DNA of 64,000 nucleotides from Eledone cirrhosa (lineage: Eukaryota). Of this stretch, positions 23,700 to 34,267 are shown in pieces (the stretch's first letter is position 1; every line of letters begins with the position of its first letter). The translations under genes were made by a program, and so were the position numbers. The DNA is taken from NCBI GenBank assembly GCA_964016885.1, contig OZ024761.1, positions 3,720,001 to 3,784,000 of the forward strand, written 5' to 3'. The notes under the pieces were generated by a model, which made no database searches, was not told the DNA's origin, and saw only the letters and a list, made by a program, of their open reading frames with translations.

Positions 23700-24095
23700 T
23701 ATTTACTGTCTAGAATATATTTACTATCAGAAATGCTGGGCAAATTCTATAGTGATACATCAGAACATTGAGTATATATATATATATACTATTTAAAATA
23801 TATTTACTATCAAAAATATATTTACTATCAGAAATGCTGGGCAAATTCTATAGTGATACATCAGAACATTGAGTATATATATATATACTATCTAAAATAT
23901 ATTTACTATCAAAAATATATTTACTATCAGAAATGCTGGGCAAATTCTATAGTGATACATCAGAACATTGAGTATATATATATATACTATCTAAAATATA
24001 TATACTATCTAAAATATATTTACTATCAAAAATATATTTACTATCAGAAATGCTGGGCAAATTCTATATTGATACATCAGAATATTAAGTATATG
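23700..24095. repeat. AT-rich tandem repeat of about 100 bp, about 4 copies
   Basis: tttactatcagaaatgctgggcaaattctatagtgatacatcagaacattgagta recurs. Confidence 0.85.
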
Positions 24096-24584
24096 TTTAA
24101 TATTAAGCTTGTGTTTAAATTCTACCTTAATTTAGTTCGGGTGTAATGAAAATAATAAGTTTACTAAAGGTATTACTTAAGGGGAGCCCAGTACTAAAAT
24201 ACATGGCTGTTTCTATAGTGGGTGAGATGCCTCAGAACATGTTCTTATGTTAGAATTCAACCTAAAAGTAGTTAGGATGTAATTAGGTGTTTATAAGTAG
24301 ATATTCTATGTTAATAAAACTCTGAAGATACTAATGTATATGTCAGATAAATATTCTGATTGTATGTATATAATTATAACGTTGAGATTAATTTTGATGA
24401 TTGAAGTATGAAATCATTATGGAACCTTACATAAAAACTCTTTCTTCTTAAGAAAATTCTAAGATTCCTGATTTTATAGCCTCATATCCTCGGGATGAAT
24501 CTCCATCAGTTGAAATGTGTTAGTTTGACAACATATTGACTCTTTTGTGTTTAAAGTGGTTGTGTAGGTGTCATGACAAAAAGT

Positions 24585-24760
24585 ACCCAGTACACACTGT
24601 CAATGTGGTTGGTGTTAGGAAGAGCATCCAGCCGTAGAAAACCAACCAGAAACTCTCCTATATGAGCGAGACATGGTCACCCGACCCAAATTGCCTCTAA
24701 ATTGGACAAACCCGTCTAACCCATGCTAGGGTGGAAGATAGACATTAAACGACAATGATA
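24585..24760 (+). mobile_element. SINE/LINE 3'-tail fragment
   Basis: ggttggtgttaggaagagcatccagccgtagaaa...cccatgctagggtggaagatagacattaaacgac; same tail family at 4045-4180 (-) and 27690-27865 (+). Confidence 0.7.
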
Positions 24761-25104
24761 TATATATATTTAATTACATGATAAACAACACAATATAATT
24801 CCATTACCTAAGGTTTCACGAAGTTAGACGATTCTAACAGAAACATGTTTCATTCATCAGATGAAACAAAATATATATTTAAAATTATAAAAAGGTCAAG
24901 GATATGATATTTCTTCTTTTTATAATTTTAAATGCTCTGCTGCCTGAACCGTCCTTAACTTCAGGATATTTTAACTGTTGATAACTTCATCATCCAGTTT
25001 GTACTCCTGAGAAACTGAGGACAGTAATGAACATTGAGCTTCTCTCATCTTATCAAAGAAAATAGTGAAGTACTACTATATAATCACATATTATATATAT
25101 ATAT

Positions 25105-27400
25105 TATCATCATCATTTTACGTCCGCTTCTCCTTGTTTGCAAGGGTGGGACGGGTCCTATTAAGCACAGCATTTCTCCATTCATCACAGTCCTTTGTCA
25201 TCTCCTCTGTGATCTCCAGCGATCTGAGGTCTGTTCTCACCACCTCCGCCCATGTTTTTTGTGGTCTTCTTCTACTGTGTCCTCCTTCTACTGGGATTTC
25301 TTGGCACCTCTTTACCCAGCAGTTATCCTCCTTGCGCATCACATATCCATACCATCTCAGTCTTCTCGCCTGCACACTACAACTTATCCCTCTTATACAC
25401 AGTTTCTCTCTCAATTCATCTATACCTGATTGTTCACACACATTGACATTGCACATCCAACAGAACATGTTTGCTTCATTTCTCTCCAGCCATCGCATAT
25501 CCTCTACAGTAGCTGCCCATGTCTCACTACCATGTAGCATCGCGCATCTCACACAGGCATCATATAACCGGCCTTTCATTCGTAGGGAGAAACCCTTCTT
25601 TGTCAGCAGCTCCATAAACTTCTTCCAACCCGTCCTTATTCTAGATATTATGGCCTCGGAACCCCTCCCTTGCTAATCTGATCGCTTAGGTATCGGAAGC
25701 TATCACCACCTCTATAGATCCTACCTGCATTTGAAAAATGTGTCTATCACTGCGATTACTACTGCAAACTTTCCCTGTACATCTACTGCATATGTATTTT
25801 TCCTTACCTGTTAGTTTGCCTGCTATCCCACTACATCTCTTGTGTACCAAAGATCTGCATTGTGTACATTTTATGGAATTTATGCCAACTCCTTAACAAA
25901 ATATTGAACATGGCCATTTCCCTGATGGAATCGGAGTATTGTCCTCTCTTCTACTTATCAACACTTTTGTCTTAGCTATGTTCACTCTCAGTCCTCTTGA
26001 TTCCAACTGCTGTTTCCATAGCCAGAATTTCTCTAGCTCCTCTACTGAGTCTGCTATAAGAACCAGATCGTCAGCATAGAGAAGTTCCCAAGGGCAGCCA
26101 GTCTTAAACTCCTTTGTTATGGCTTGGAGGACTATAATGAACACGAGTGGGCTGAGGACCAAACCCTGATGTACTCCTACTTGTATCTGGAATTCTTCCC
26201 TAAACTCCATTCCTACTCTCACTTTACTGACAGCACGCCTGTACATAGCTTGCACTGTCCTCACAAGCCATTCCTCAACGCCTAGTTTCCTTAGGGACCA
26301 CCAGATGACAGATCGGGGTACCCTATCAAAGGCCTTCTCTAGGTCAACAAAAGCTAAGTATAGTGGCTTATTCTTCTCTAAGAACTTCTCTTGTAGTTGT
26401 CTCACTAAGAAGAGGGCATCTGTTGTACTTTTCCCAGGCACAAAACCAAAATGCATCTCATCTAATTTGACCCTTTCTCTAATTAGTTGCGCTAATATTC
26501 TTTCTGCCTGATCCATCAGTTTTATGTCCCTATAATTGCACCTCTCCAGATCATCCCCTTTACCTTTGTAGCAATTTATGAGAATACTGCTGCACCAATC
26601 TTTGGGTATGACTCCATCATATATAGCCTGATTGACTATGCGTGCAACTAGTTTAGGCGCCTACTTCTCCTGAAGCCTTCAGCATCTCAGCAACTGTCCC
26701 CAATGGTCCAGCGGCCTTACCACTTTTCATTTCCTTAATTGCCTCTTTGATAATATAGTTGCCAATCTCAATAGCTGGTCCCTCTGTCGGGTCTACTGGG
26801 GATAGTTTCTCTCTCTCCCATTCGTTCTCCACATTCATCAGTCTCTCATAATGACATTTCCAGGCCTCCTTTTTCTGAGCATCAGTGACACTAAGTACAC
26901 CAGCATCATTCCGGACACACTTATCTCCAACAACATCTTCATGTACACTGACACACTGCACGTCTCTGATCTTCCCGTCGCAGAACATTGGCAAACCTCC
27001 TACTCTCAGCCTGCCCGCGTGCTAAGTACACCTGACGTCTAGCTTCTCTCTTAGCGACTGTATATCCTTCTCTACTTCCACCATTTTTCCAAGCCTTCCA
27101 TGCTAGTCTTTTGTCTCTAATGGCCTTATCTACTGTGCTGTTCCACCACCAGGTCACTCTCTGTCTGGTCGGAGCTCTGCTCCAGCCACAAGTTTCATCA
27201 GTAGCCTGCAGTAAGTTGTCACGTTAGAAATTCCAGTTATCATCTATGTCACACACTCTAAATCGTCTTCTTTTTCATCATCCACATCTTGAAGGGCTTT
27301 CCTAAATTTATATTTTAGTGAAAGGTCTTTTAGTTTCTAGACCTTCCTTTTTCACACCTTCCTGTATGTCTCATTTTGTCTCTTGATTATTGAGATGTCA
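25105..27400 (-). mobile_element. Degenerate RTE-type LINE (RT region to 3' tail), antisense in intron 6
   Basis: Fragments TWWWN, KAAGP, FGFVPGKSTTDA, FVDLEKAFDRVP, GVHQG..LSP, LLYADDLVL, MLHGSETW, RLRWYG; frameshifts and stops. Confidence 0.94.
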
Positions 27401-27419
27401 ATATATATATATATATTGA

Positions 27420-27865
27420 CATCTCAATATCACCTCATCCCAAGATGACTTGGGATGAGGTGATAAAAGCCGACCTTACCCAACTACACCTCTCAAAGTC
27501 AATGACACACGACCGTGACTTCTGGCGTCACGCAGTAATACAGGGTACCCGACCTCCCATGGGTACATGCTGAAGCATATAAACAATATGCCCCCACTCC
27601 CCCCACCGCAAGGTGGTCGTGGAGGCGCCACGGCAAAAAAGCACCCAGCCCACACTGTAAAGTGGACGTGTAGGCGCCACGAAAAAGCACCCAGCACTCA
27701 CTGTAAATGAGGTTGGTGTTAGGAAGGGCATCCAGCTGTAGAAATCAAGCCAGATCAGTTCCTGTATGAGCAAGGCATGGTCAGCCGACCAGACACTGCC
27801 CACAACAGGACAACCCGTCTAACCCATGCTAGTGTGGAAGAACGGACGTAAAACGGTGATGATGA
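27420..27865 (+). mobile_element. LINE/SINE 3'-end fragment with (GAT)n tail
   Basis: cccaagatgacttgggatgaggtg (RP..TW-like) followed by the shared 3'UTR tail. Confidence 0.65.
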
Positions 27866-28014
27866 TATATATATATATCATCATCATCATTTTACGTCCG
27901 TTTTTCCATGCTTGCATTTATATATATATATATATATAAATGAGTATTTCCGTAGGAAAGGTAAAGGAAAAGAGAGTGCTCAATGTAGGCTACAGAGCTT
28001 TTTAGTTATGTACA

Positions 28015-28058
<44 letters not shown>

Positions 28059-28335
28059 CACTCTCACCCTCTCTTACACTCTTATCCTCCCCTTTCCATA
28101 AAGTCCTGAAATTAAAAAAATCTTTAGATTTCAGTCTTTGCTGTTGCTACCACCTCCACCACTGCTCCCTCTCTCTTTCTTTCCCTCCTCCCTCTCTCTT
28201 TTTCTGCCCCCCCCCCCCTCTCATACACACTTACCACCCCCTTTCCACAACATGACAAACAATTTACACCACACGTAAACTTTTATTAGCATTTTAATAT
28301 AACAGATTTTTCCTTTTTCTCTCTCATTCTGCCAG

Positions 28336-29223
28336 ATAAACTATGTTGAAACTAAAAGTAACAACTGGATTTTAATAATGGCCCTTTTGGCCACTGAGAA
28401 CACTTGGTCTCACCAAAGACGCCAGCGCCGGCAACAGCTACGAGAACAACAGGCTTCTGCTGCCAATCGCAGCAATTCTAACAGTTCCCCTTCTAAAGTT
28501 GACCAGCCAAACACTTCAGTTGATGGCGGACAGTCTCATATCAACGAGTCATGTGGGAATGGTGAAAAACCTTTACCCAAACAGCCGAGTGCAGGAGTAG
28601 AGGGCATTGGTCAAGATGAAACTCCTCGTGTGTCTTCATCTTGTTCATTTGAGACAGAGACAGCACCGATGCCTCCCAATAAAAGAAAGAGAGAGTTAGA
28701 AAATTATGAAGAAAAAGATGATGCCACCTCAGAAGAAGAAGAAGAAAAGAGGACAGTCAGAGAATCTCGGTTGAAAAAAAGTAAAAGAGAGGAGCTCGCA
28801 GCAAGTGAGTCTTGTGTGGAAGGTGTGAATGAGGAAAGCTCAGAACTGCATCAAGAGGAACAGCAATGTGACACTAACGATACAGGTACACAGCAATGTG
28901 ACACTAAAGATACAGGTACACAGCAATGTGACACTAACGATACAGGTACACAGCAATGTGACACTAAAGATACAGGTACACAGCAATGTGACACTAACGA
29001 TACAGGTACACAACAGACTAGAGAAGGTTGCATTGAAGATGTTTCTTGTAGTTTGTTAAAGGAAAGACAAACGTCTGAACCTAAAGAACATTTGTTTCAA
29101 TGTACGATGTTTGTGAAAAGAAAAGTTAGCTACATTCAGCTGGAATTTGCATTGACAGAAGGAAACAACCGAGAACTGCTCCATCAGTTAATGCAATATT
29201 TCAGAAATAAATTGTTGCCATGA
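28336..29223 (+). CDS. METTL16: METTL16 terminal coding exon 7 (Arg-rich VCR1 end, disordered linker, VCR2)
   Basis: Polypyrimidine tract and gccag| in frame with ENTWSHQRRQRRQQLR; ends ...RELLHQLMQYFRNKLLP*, like the METTL16 C-terminus; total CDS 1890 nt. Confidence 0.93.
   Translation: MNYVETKSNNWILIMALLATENTWSHQRRQRRQQLREQQASAANRSNSNSSPSKVDQPNTSVDGGQSHINESCGNGEKPLPKQPSAGVEGIGQDETPRVSSSCSFETETAPMPPNKRKRELENYEEKDDATSEEEEEKRTVRESRLKKSKREELAASESCVEGVNEESSELHQEEQQCDTNDTGTQQCDTKDTGTQQCDTNDTGTQQCDTKDTGTQQCDTNDTGTQQTREGCIEDVSCSLLKERQTSEPKEHLFQCTMFVKRKVSYIQLEFALTEGNNRELLHQLMQYFRNKLLP
28861..29010 (+). repeat. Coding 30-bp minisatellite, 5 copies (QQCDT[N/K]DTGT)
   Basis: cagcaatgtgacactaa[c/a]gatacaggtaca x5, alternating variants. 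Confidence 0.97.
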
Positions 29224-29349
29224 CAATAGCATCAAAATTGAAATTTATTGAGATAAATTTTTTAAAGTTTTGTTTTCTTTTAATCTGAAAGATAGTCGTA
29301 GCCAGGCTAACGTGGAAGATGGACGTTAAACGATGATGATGATGGTTAC

Positions 29350-30290
29350 TGAGATGATGAAATCCTCTCATCAAGGAGGAGCTGAGTTTGCCCACTTATT
29401 CCTGAGAGGGTCATTGGGCAGCTGAAGTAGAGTTCCTTCGAAGGTTCTTTGGAGTAACGTTACTCGATATAGTGAGTAACTCGGAGATGAGAGAGTCACT
29501 CCAGGTAGAGCCGCTACTTCTCCAAATTGAGAGATCACAGCTCCGATATTATGGACATGTGGTTAGAATGTCTCAGGAAAGAATTGCTGGACAGATTTTA
29601 CTGGCAAAACCAACAAGCAGGAGAGCCAGAGAGTAGACCTGCATAATCAATCAGGTAATACCTGATGACTGGAATAGCTGTTTGTATAATCATTAACTGT
29701 TACAAGGTGATGTACCAGAATGGAGCAACTACAGGAGCATAAAACTGAGGGATCAAGTTATGAAAGTGTCAGAGTTAGCACAATTAATTAGGTAAAGAGT
29801 TAAATTAGATGAAATGTAGTTTGGTTTTGTGCCAGGACCATAATGCCCTCTCCCAACATGGAGAATACCTTTGATGGAGTACCACGGTCTGTTATCTGGT
29901 GATCCTTAAAGAATCTAGATGAGAGCAGTGCAATTGTAGGGGAGATTTCAGTAGGGTGAGGTGTAGGGGAGATAGTAGGGTGGGGTGTAGGGGAGATGTC
30001 AGTAGAGTGAGGTGTAGGGGAGATATCAGTAGGGTGAGGTGTAGGGGAGATGTCAGTAGGGCAAGGTGTAGGGGAGATATCAGTAGGGTGAGGTGCAGGG
30101 GGGGGGGATATCAGTAGGGTGAGGTAATTAGTTTAGTGAGGAATTCAATGTTGAAGCAGGTGTTCATCAGTCTACTTCTGTTTATTATAGTTCTCCATTC
30201 CAGAGGAGTTTAAGACCTGGTCCTTACAGTTGAAACTGTGGAGGAGTTTGAGAAAACATTCCTGTTGTGGAAACAACTTAGAATCAACAA
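29350..30290 (+). mobile_element. Old RTE-type LINE fragments, including an approximately 26-bp minisatellite (29935-30125)
   Basis: IERSQLRYYGHVVRMSQER; then NYRSIKL.DQVMKV...FGFVPG...GVHQ remnants. Confidence 0.75.
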
Positions 30291-30298
30291 GGCTATAG

Positions 30299-30960
30299 AT
30301 GTTCTATGTTAGCATGTTGGTGGAGTACTGATGAGTCTTTTCTATCTTGGAGTTCTCGCCAGTGTTCATTTAATCGTTTAAATCATTTAAACGATTAAAT
30401 GAACACTGGCGAGAGCTTCAAAATAAAAAGACTCATCAGTACTCCACCAACATGCTAAAATAGAACATAAGGGCAAATTAGAGAACATAGAAATAAAAAT
30501 AAAATCTACACACAGAAAAGACGCAATGTTTAGACAAATCACAGAGGCAATAAACATAAATGAACTCCAACCAAAATTAAATAGAAAACATGAATGGAAT
30601 AGCAACATCACAACTTACAATTAAGGACAAAATGAAAACACACACACATAGAACAAACAACTAACTAGTAACATGTAAATAAACAAATAAAAACACACAC
30701 AGACACCCGGATGTAACACATGCGCAAACTAAGCACACAACACACATAAAAACAAGATGGCGTAGGACAGAACAAAGGAAAGGCACAAAACAAAGAAAAG
30801 AATCCCCAGTCACTGATGAGGTCACAGAATGTGTGACGAAAGAACTTTGACAATATATAAACAACCATCCGGTTGTGGAACCAACCAACCAACCGAAAGT
30901 TATAAATTTCTTAAAAATTTATAATTTAATTTAACTTATAATAAATTGGAGTGAAAGCAA
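30299..30960 (+). mobile_element. Penelope-like element 3' remnant (GIY-YIG C-terminus) with 5' inversion and hammerhead
   Basis: KRLNEHWRELQ / DSSVLHQHAKIEHKGKLENIEIKIKSTHRKDAMFRQITEAININELQPKLNRKHEWN (stop at 30624, one frameshift); 85-bp inverted arm 30299-30383. Confidence 0.75.
30809..30851 (+). ncRNA. Minimal type I hammerhead ribozyme
   Basis: gtca-CTGATGA-g-gtcaca gaatg tgtgac-GAAA-g aa c-TT|tgac. Confidence 0.65.
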
Positions 30961-31119
30961 CTGGTGCGTGTGTTTCTTATTGGCAACATGACCCTCCCAA
31001 AGTATAACAATATCGGTTTCAACACACGTTTTCAGATAAAGAATCTTGCTAAACAAATTCAAAAACGAAATATCTATATATATATATATATATAGATATT
31101 ATACATATAATATATATCC

Positions 31120-31151
<32 letters not shown>

Positions 31152-31181
31152 ATTGAGGCACATGGCTTAGTGGTTAGAGAG

Positions 31182-31512
31182 AGGCACATGGCTTAGTGGT
31201 TAGAGCATTGGCCTTGCAATCGAAAGGTTGTGAGTTCAATTCTCAGACTGGGTGATGTGTTGTTTTCTTGAGCAAGACACTTTATTTCACATTGCTCCAG
31301 TTTACTCAGCTGTAGAAATGAGATGATAGGGACTGGGATCCATATCATTCCACTGCAAAGTGGTCGTGGAGGTGCCACGGCAAAAAAGCACCCAGCACTC
31401 ACTGTAAATGAGGTTGGTGTTAGGAAGGGCATCCAGCTGTAGAAATCAAGCCAGAATCAGTTCTCATCCCACCTTTGCAAGCAGGGAAAAGCGGACGTAA
31501 AATGAAATGATG
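31182..31512 (+). mobile_element. tRNA-derived SINE with CORE-like body and LINE-like tail
   Basis: A-box tggcttagtgg, B-box gagttcaattc, cttgagcaagacactttatttcac; tail ggacgtaaaatga; first 26 bp duplicated at 31156. Confidence 0.85.
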
Positions 31513-31685
31513 AATTGAATAAACAAGAGAGATGAACACTAATATAAACATACATGTGGTCGAATCGTAAAGACCAAGTTTGCTAGGGTGAAAAAATACT
31601 AACTAGAGCAATATGGTTTGTCAGAATTAATTTTAAATATTAAATTAAGAAAAATAACAGACCTATATTGGGCAAATCGCCTGGT

Positions 31686-31767
31686 AACAACTAGACGGTA
31701 TTGGAGACTGTTTCGCAACATCTTATTAAGTGAAGTTCACACTCTTCTCTGCTCATCGGTAGTTGTT
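31686..31767 (-). ncRNA. Type I hammerhead ribozyme, variant copy (CCGAUGA core, one stem III mismatch)
   Basis: Reverse complement of 32175-32256 with two substitutions. Confidence 0.68.
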
Positions 31768-32174
31768 GAGAAATTAGTGCTCCTTCCACTTCTAAAAATA
31801 TTAGAGATTGAATTGTTTGCGATAGGAACTATCGCACGTGTTTTCAGAACCCAGCTTGTCTCGAAATTCCCTGCCACTAAAAATAGCAGCCTGGCTGACA
31901 GGACGTTAAAATTAGCTCTACATGATGTAGCCGACAAATATATAGTGAGTTAGAAACTCAGAGTAGTCTCTTACAATTAAATAGCTCTAAGTTTCTAACT
32001 CACTATATATTTGTCGGCTCCATCATGTAGAGCTAATTTTAACGTCCTGTCAGCCAGGCTGCTATTTTTAGCGGCAGGGAATTTCGAGACGAGCTGGGTT
32101 CTGAAAACACGTGCGATAGTTCCTATCGCAAACAATTCAATCTCTAATATTTTTAGAAGGATCACTAATTTCTC

Positions 32175-32256
32175 AACAACTACTGATGAGCAGAGAAGAG
32201 TGTGAACTTCACTTAATAAGATGTTGCGAAACAGTCTCCAATACTGTCTAGTTGTT
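32175..32256 (+). ncRNA. Type I hammerhead ribozyme, canonical core
   Basis: aacaacta-CTGATGA-gcag[long loop]ttgc-GAAA-cagt ctccaat actg-TC|tagttgtt; 8-bp stem I, 5-bp stem III, GUC at 32248. Confidence 0.88.
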
Positions 32257-32597
32257 ACCAGGCGATTTGCCCAATATAGATCTGTTATTTTTCTTAATTT
32301 AATATTTAAAACTAATTCTGACAAACCATATTGCTGTAATTAGTATTTTTTCACCCTAGCAAACTTGGTCTTTACTATTCGAACACATGTATGTTTATAT
32401 TAGTGTTCATCTCTCTTGTTTATTCAATTATATTGTACGGCTCCGAAAACTTTTTTCTTAGAGCTATTTAATTGTAAGAGACTACTCTGAGTTTCTAACT
32501 CACTGTGTATATATATAGATAGATATTATACATATAATATATATCCATATAATATATATATAAGAAGAAATTAAAAGATGGTTAAGAAAGTTCCATG

Positions 32598-32668
32598 TAT
32601 TTTATTATGCGCATTTCAAAAACAAATATCATCCTGGGACGATATTTGCGTTCTCATCAGATAAAATA
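32598..32668 (-). ncRNA. Type I hammerhead ribozyme with palindromic stem III
   Basis: tattttat-CTGATGA-gaacgcaaatatc gtcccaggat gatatttgttttt-GAAA-tgcgca-TA|ataaaata. Confidence 0.78.
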
Positions 32669-33573
32669 GGGAGACATGACATGAAGCTTAAAAAAACACT
32701 TGTGAGCAAGGTAGTGTCTAAACAACATATGATAAATAAATTTAAAAGGATATAGATTGGAAAAAAGGAAATGAAGGGGAGAAAAGTAAGGAAGAGGAAG
32801 AAGGAAAGGATAATGGAGGAAGAGTATAAGAAGGGGGAGAGAAAGAGAGAGATAAACATTTAAACTGAGAAACGTTCTCCACAGAGAAATAACTGTAAAA
32901 ACGGTTGGACATTTATAAATAAATTAATAAAATTTTAAAATTAAAAGTTAATGAGGTTTATGGATGATGATGCTTATGATTACAGATATAGAAATTAAGT
33001 ATACTATTTAGGGTTTAAATAGTGAAGGATTTATTAAGATGTACAAAAAAGTATTAAGATAAAATAAGGTGAATGAAAATAAAATTAAGTGATTTATAAG
33101 CTTAGAAGACGATATAGGGTCCTAGTTTGTTTCAATAGATTGTAATAGAAAAAAGTAATTATTTAAGTTAATACAAGCATTGGAAAGAGAAAAACGAAAA
33201 AATACGAGGAAGGAAAAATATTACGTCAAAAATTTGTTTACAAAATTCCCCTAATTAATAGATTAGAAGTAAAAAATTGGGAAATATAGCTACTTAAAAA
33301 GTAATGTTGAGAAAAAATGATATAAAGATGAACTATTTAAAAGAAAAATGTGTATCCTCAAGAAGATAAAGGAATTTGCTATAGTGAATTAAAAAATTAC
33401 AAAAATTTATTATTAAAAGAAATTAAAAATTAAACAATTAGGGGACCAAAAACGTTATAGTATGAATGAACTTTGTAGAATGCACTGAAATATGGTAGAA
33501 AAAGGGGTATATGTGTAAAAAAAAAAATATATATGTGAGAAAAAGATTTTAATCTTAATTATGGGTTAAGATA

Positions 33574-33846
33574 TTAGCTGTATACTTCGTGAAATGACCT
33601 AAGCGATTTATGGATGCAAAGCAAAAATAAATCTGTGAGTCTATTTATTATAGAATTAAAATTAGAGATAATGGTAAAATTTTCCACTAGGCATAAATTA
33701 CAAGTTCTGGATAGGGAAGCATTGAAATAAGGAGAAGCGTTGCAAATTTTTCTCCAAGAAATTTTGTAATTAAAGTTTTTGTCTTTTAAGGACCAGATGA
33801 GTTCTGAGAGAGCAGTGTTTGTTCTTTTAAGTGGGTATTTATACAC
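33574..33846 (-). pseudogene. Penelope-like element GIY-YIG endonuclease C-terminal fragment
   Basis: TALSELIWSLKDKNFNYKISW...ASPY...CNLCLVE.F.I...IN...L...CIH resembles the T.LS..IW.LK...CNLCL.EK...LN.R.E....CRH end of aquatic-invertebrate PLEs; same-strand hammerhead downstream. Confidence 0.75.
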
Positions 33847-33939
33847 CTCCTACATGTATATATGTATATAATCAAGGTTTAGCAAATAAGAAAAAGTTTT
33901 AAAATAAATTTTAAAAAGTTCACTGTACCTGCTGTAATT

Positions 33940-34024
33940 ACCCTTACCGTATGGTTTCAAGTCTCAAAATAAATGGATAATCCATACGGAAATCCATTGA
34001 AAAGGAAGACTTTCGTCAGAGGGT
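33940..34024 (-). ncRNA. Type I hammerhead ribozyme with long stem II
   Basis: accct-CTGACGA-aagtctt..aatggat..atccatt..gagactt-GAAA-cc atac gg-TA|agggt. Confidence 0.8.
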
Positions 34025-34267
34025 TCTTTTCGCTCGGAGAATATAAAATTCCCGAGTTCAAATCACGAACTGGTGCCATTCAAAATTGTTCCCGAAATGA
34101 GAGTGTATGATGAAGAAGCAATTCTGTCTAGTGCCGTGTGTAAAGATAGAAGGCAGAGGCAGAAAGGTCAATCTACTGCCACTAGAAATAGCAGCAGTTA
34201 AAACGACCAAAATGTTATCTCGACCAGGGATACATACCTTATTATGTATATATATATATATATATAT

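Larger units (their letters stand above)
31513..32504. mobile_element. Non-coding hammerhead-bearing palindromic element; 500-nt monomer with terminal redundancy (retrozyme/PLE pLTR-like)
   Basis: Left arm 31513-31991 is antisense to the right arm; gtttctaactcact occurs at 31991 and again at 32491. Confidence 0.82.

Noticed and set aside
24838-24870. Minus-strand CTGATGA..GAAAC hammerhead-like core
   Set aside because: Only 2 nt between CUGAUGA and GAAA, so no stem II, and no matching stem I; at best a deleted relic.
30328-30345. CTGATGAG on the + strand
   Set aside because: Antisense of endonuclease codons; no GAAA or stems follow.
31182-31250. tRNA gene
   Set aside because: A and B boxes are present but run into a SINE body found in several copies; no clean cloverleaf.
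31618-32324. Pair of near-identical 110-aa ORFs on opposite strands
   Set aside because: A by-product of the palindrome; non-ATG starts, no known motif, antisense to the hammerhead strand.
32878-32892. ACAGAGAA as a METTL16 target (autoregulation)
   Set aside because: It is CACAGAGAA, not UACAGAGAA, lacks an evident MAT2A-type hairpin and lies in a PLE remnant; the METTL16 acceptors also lack the UACAG context.
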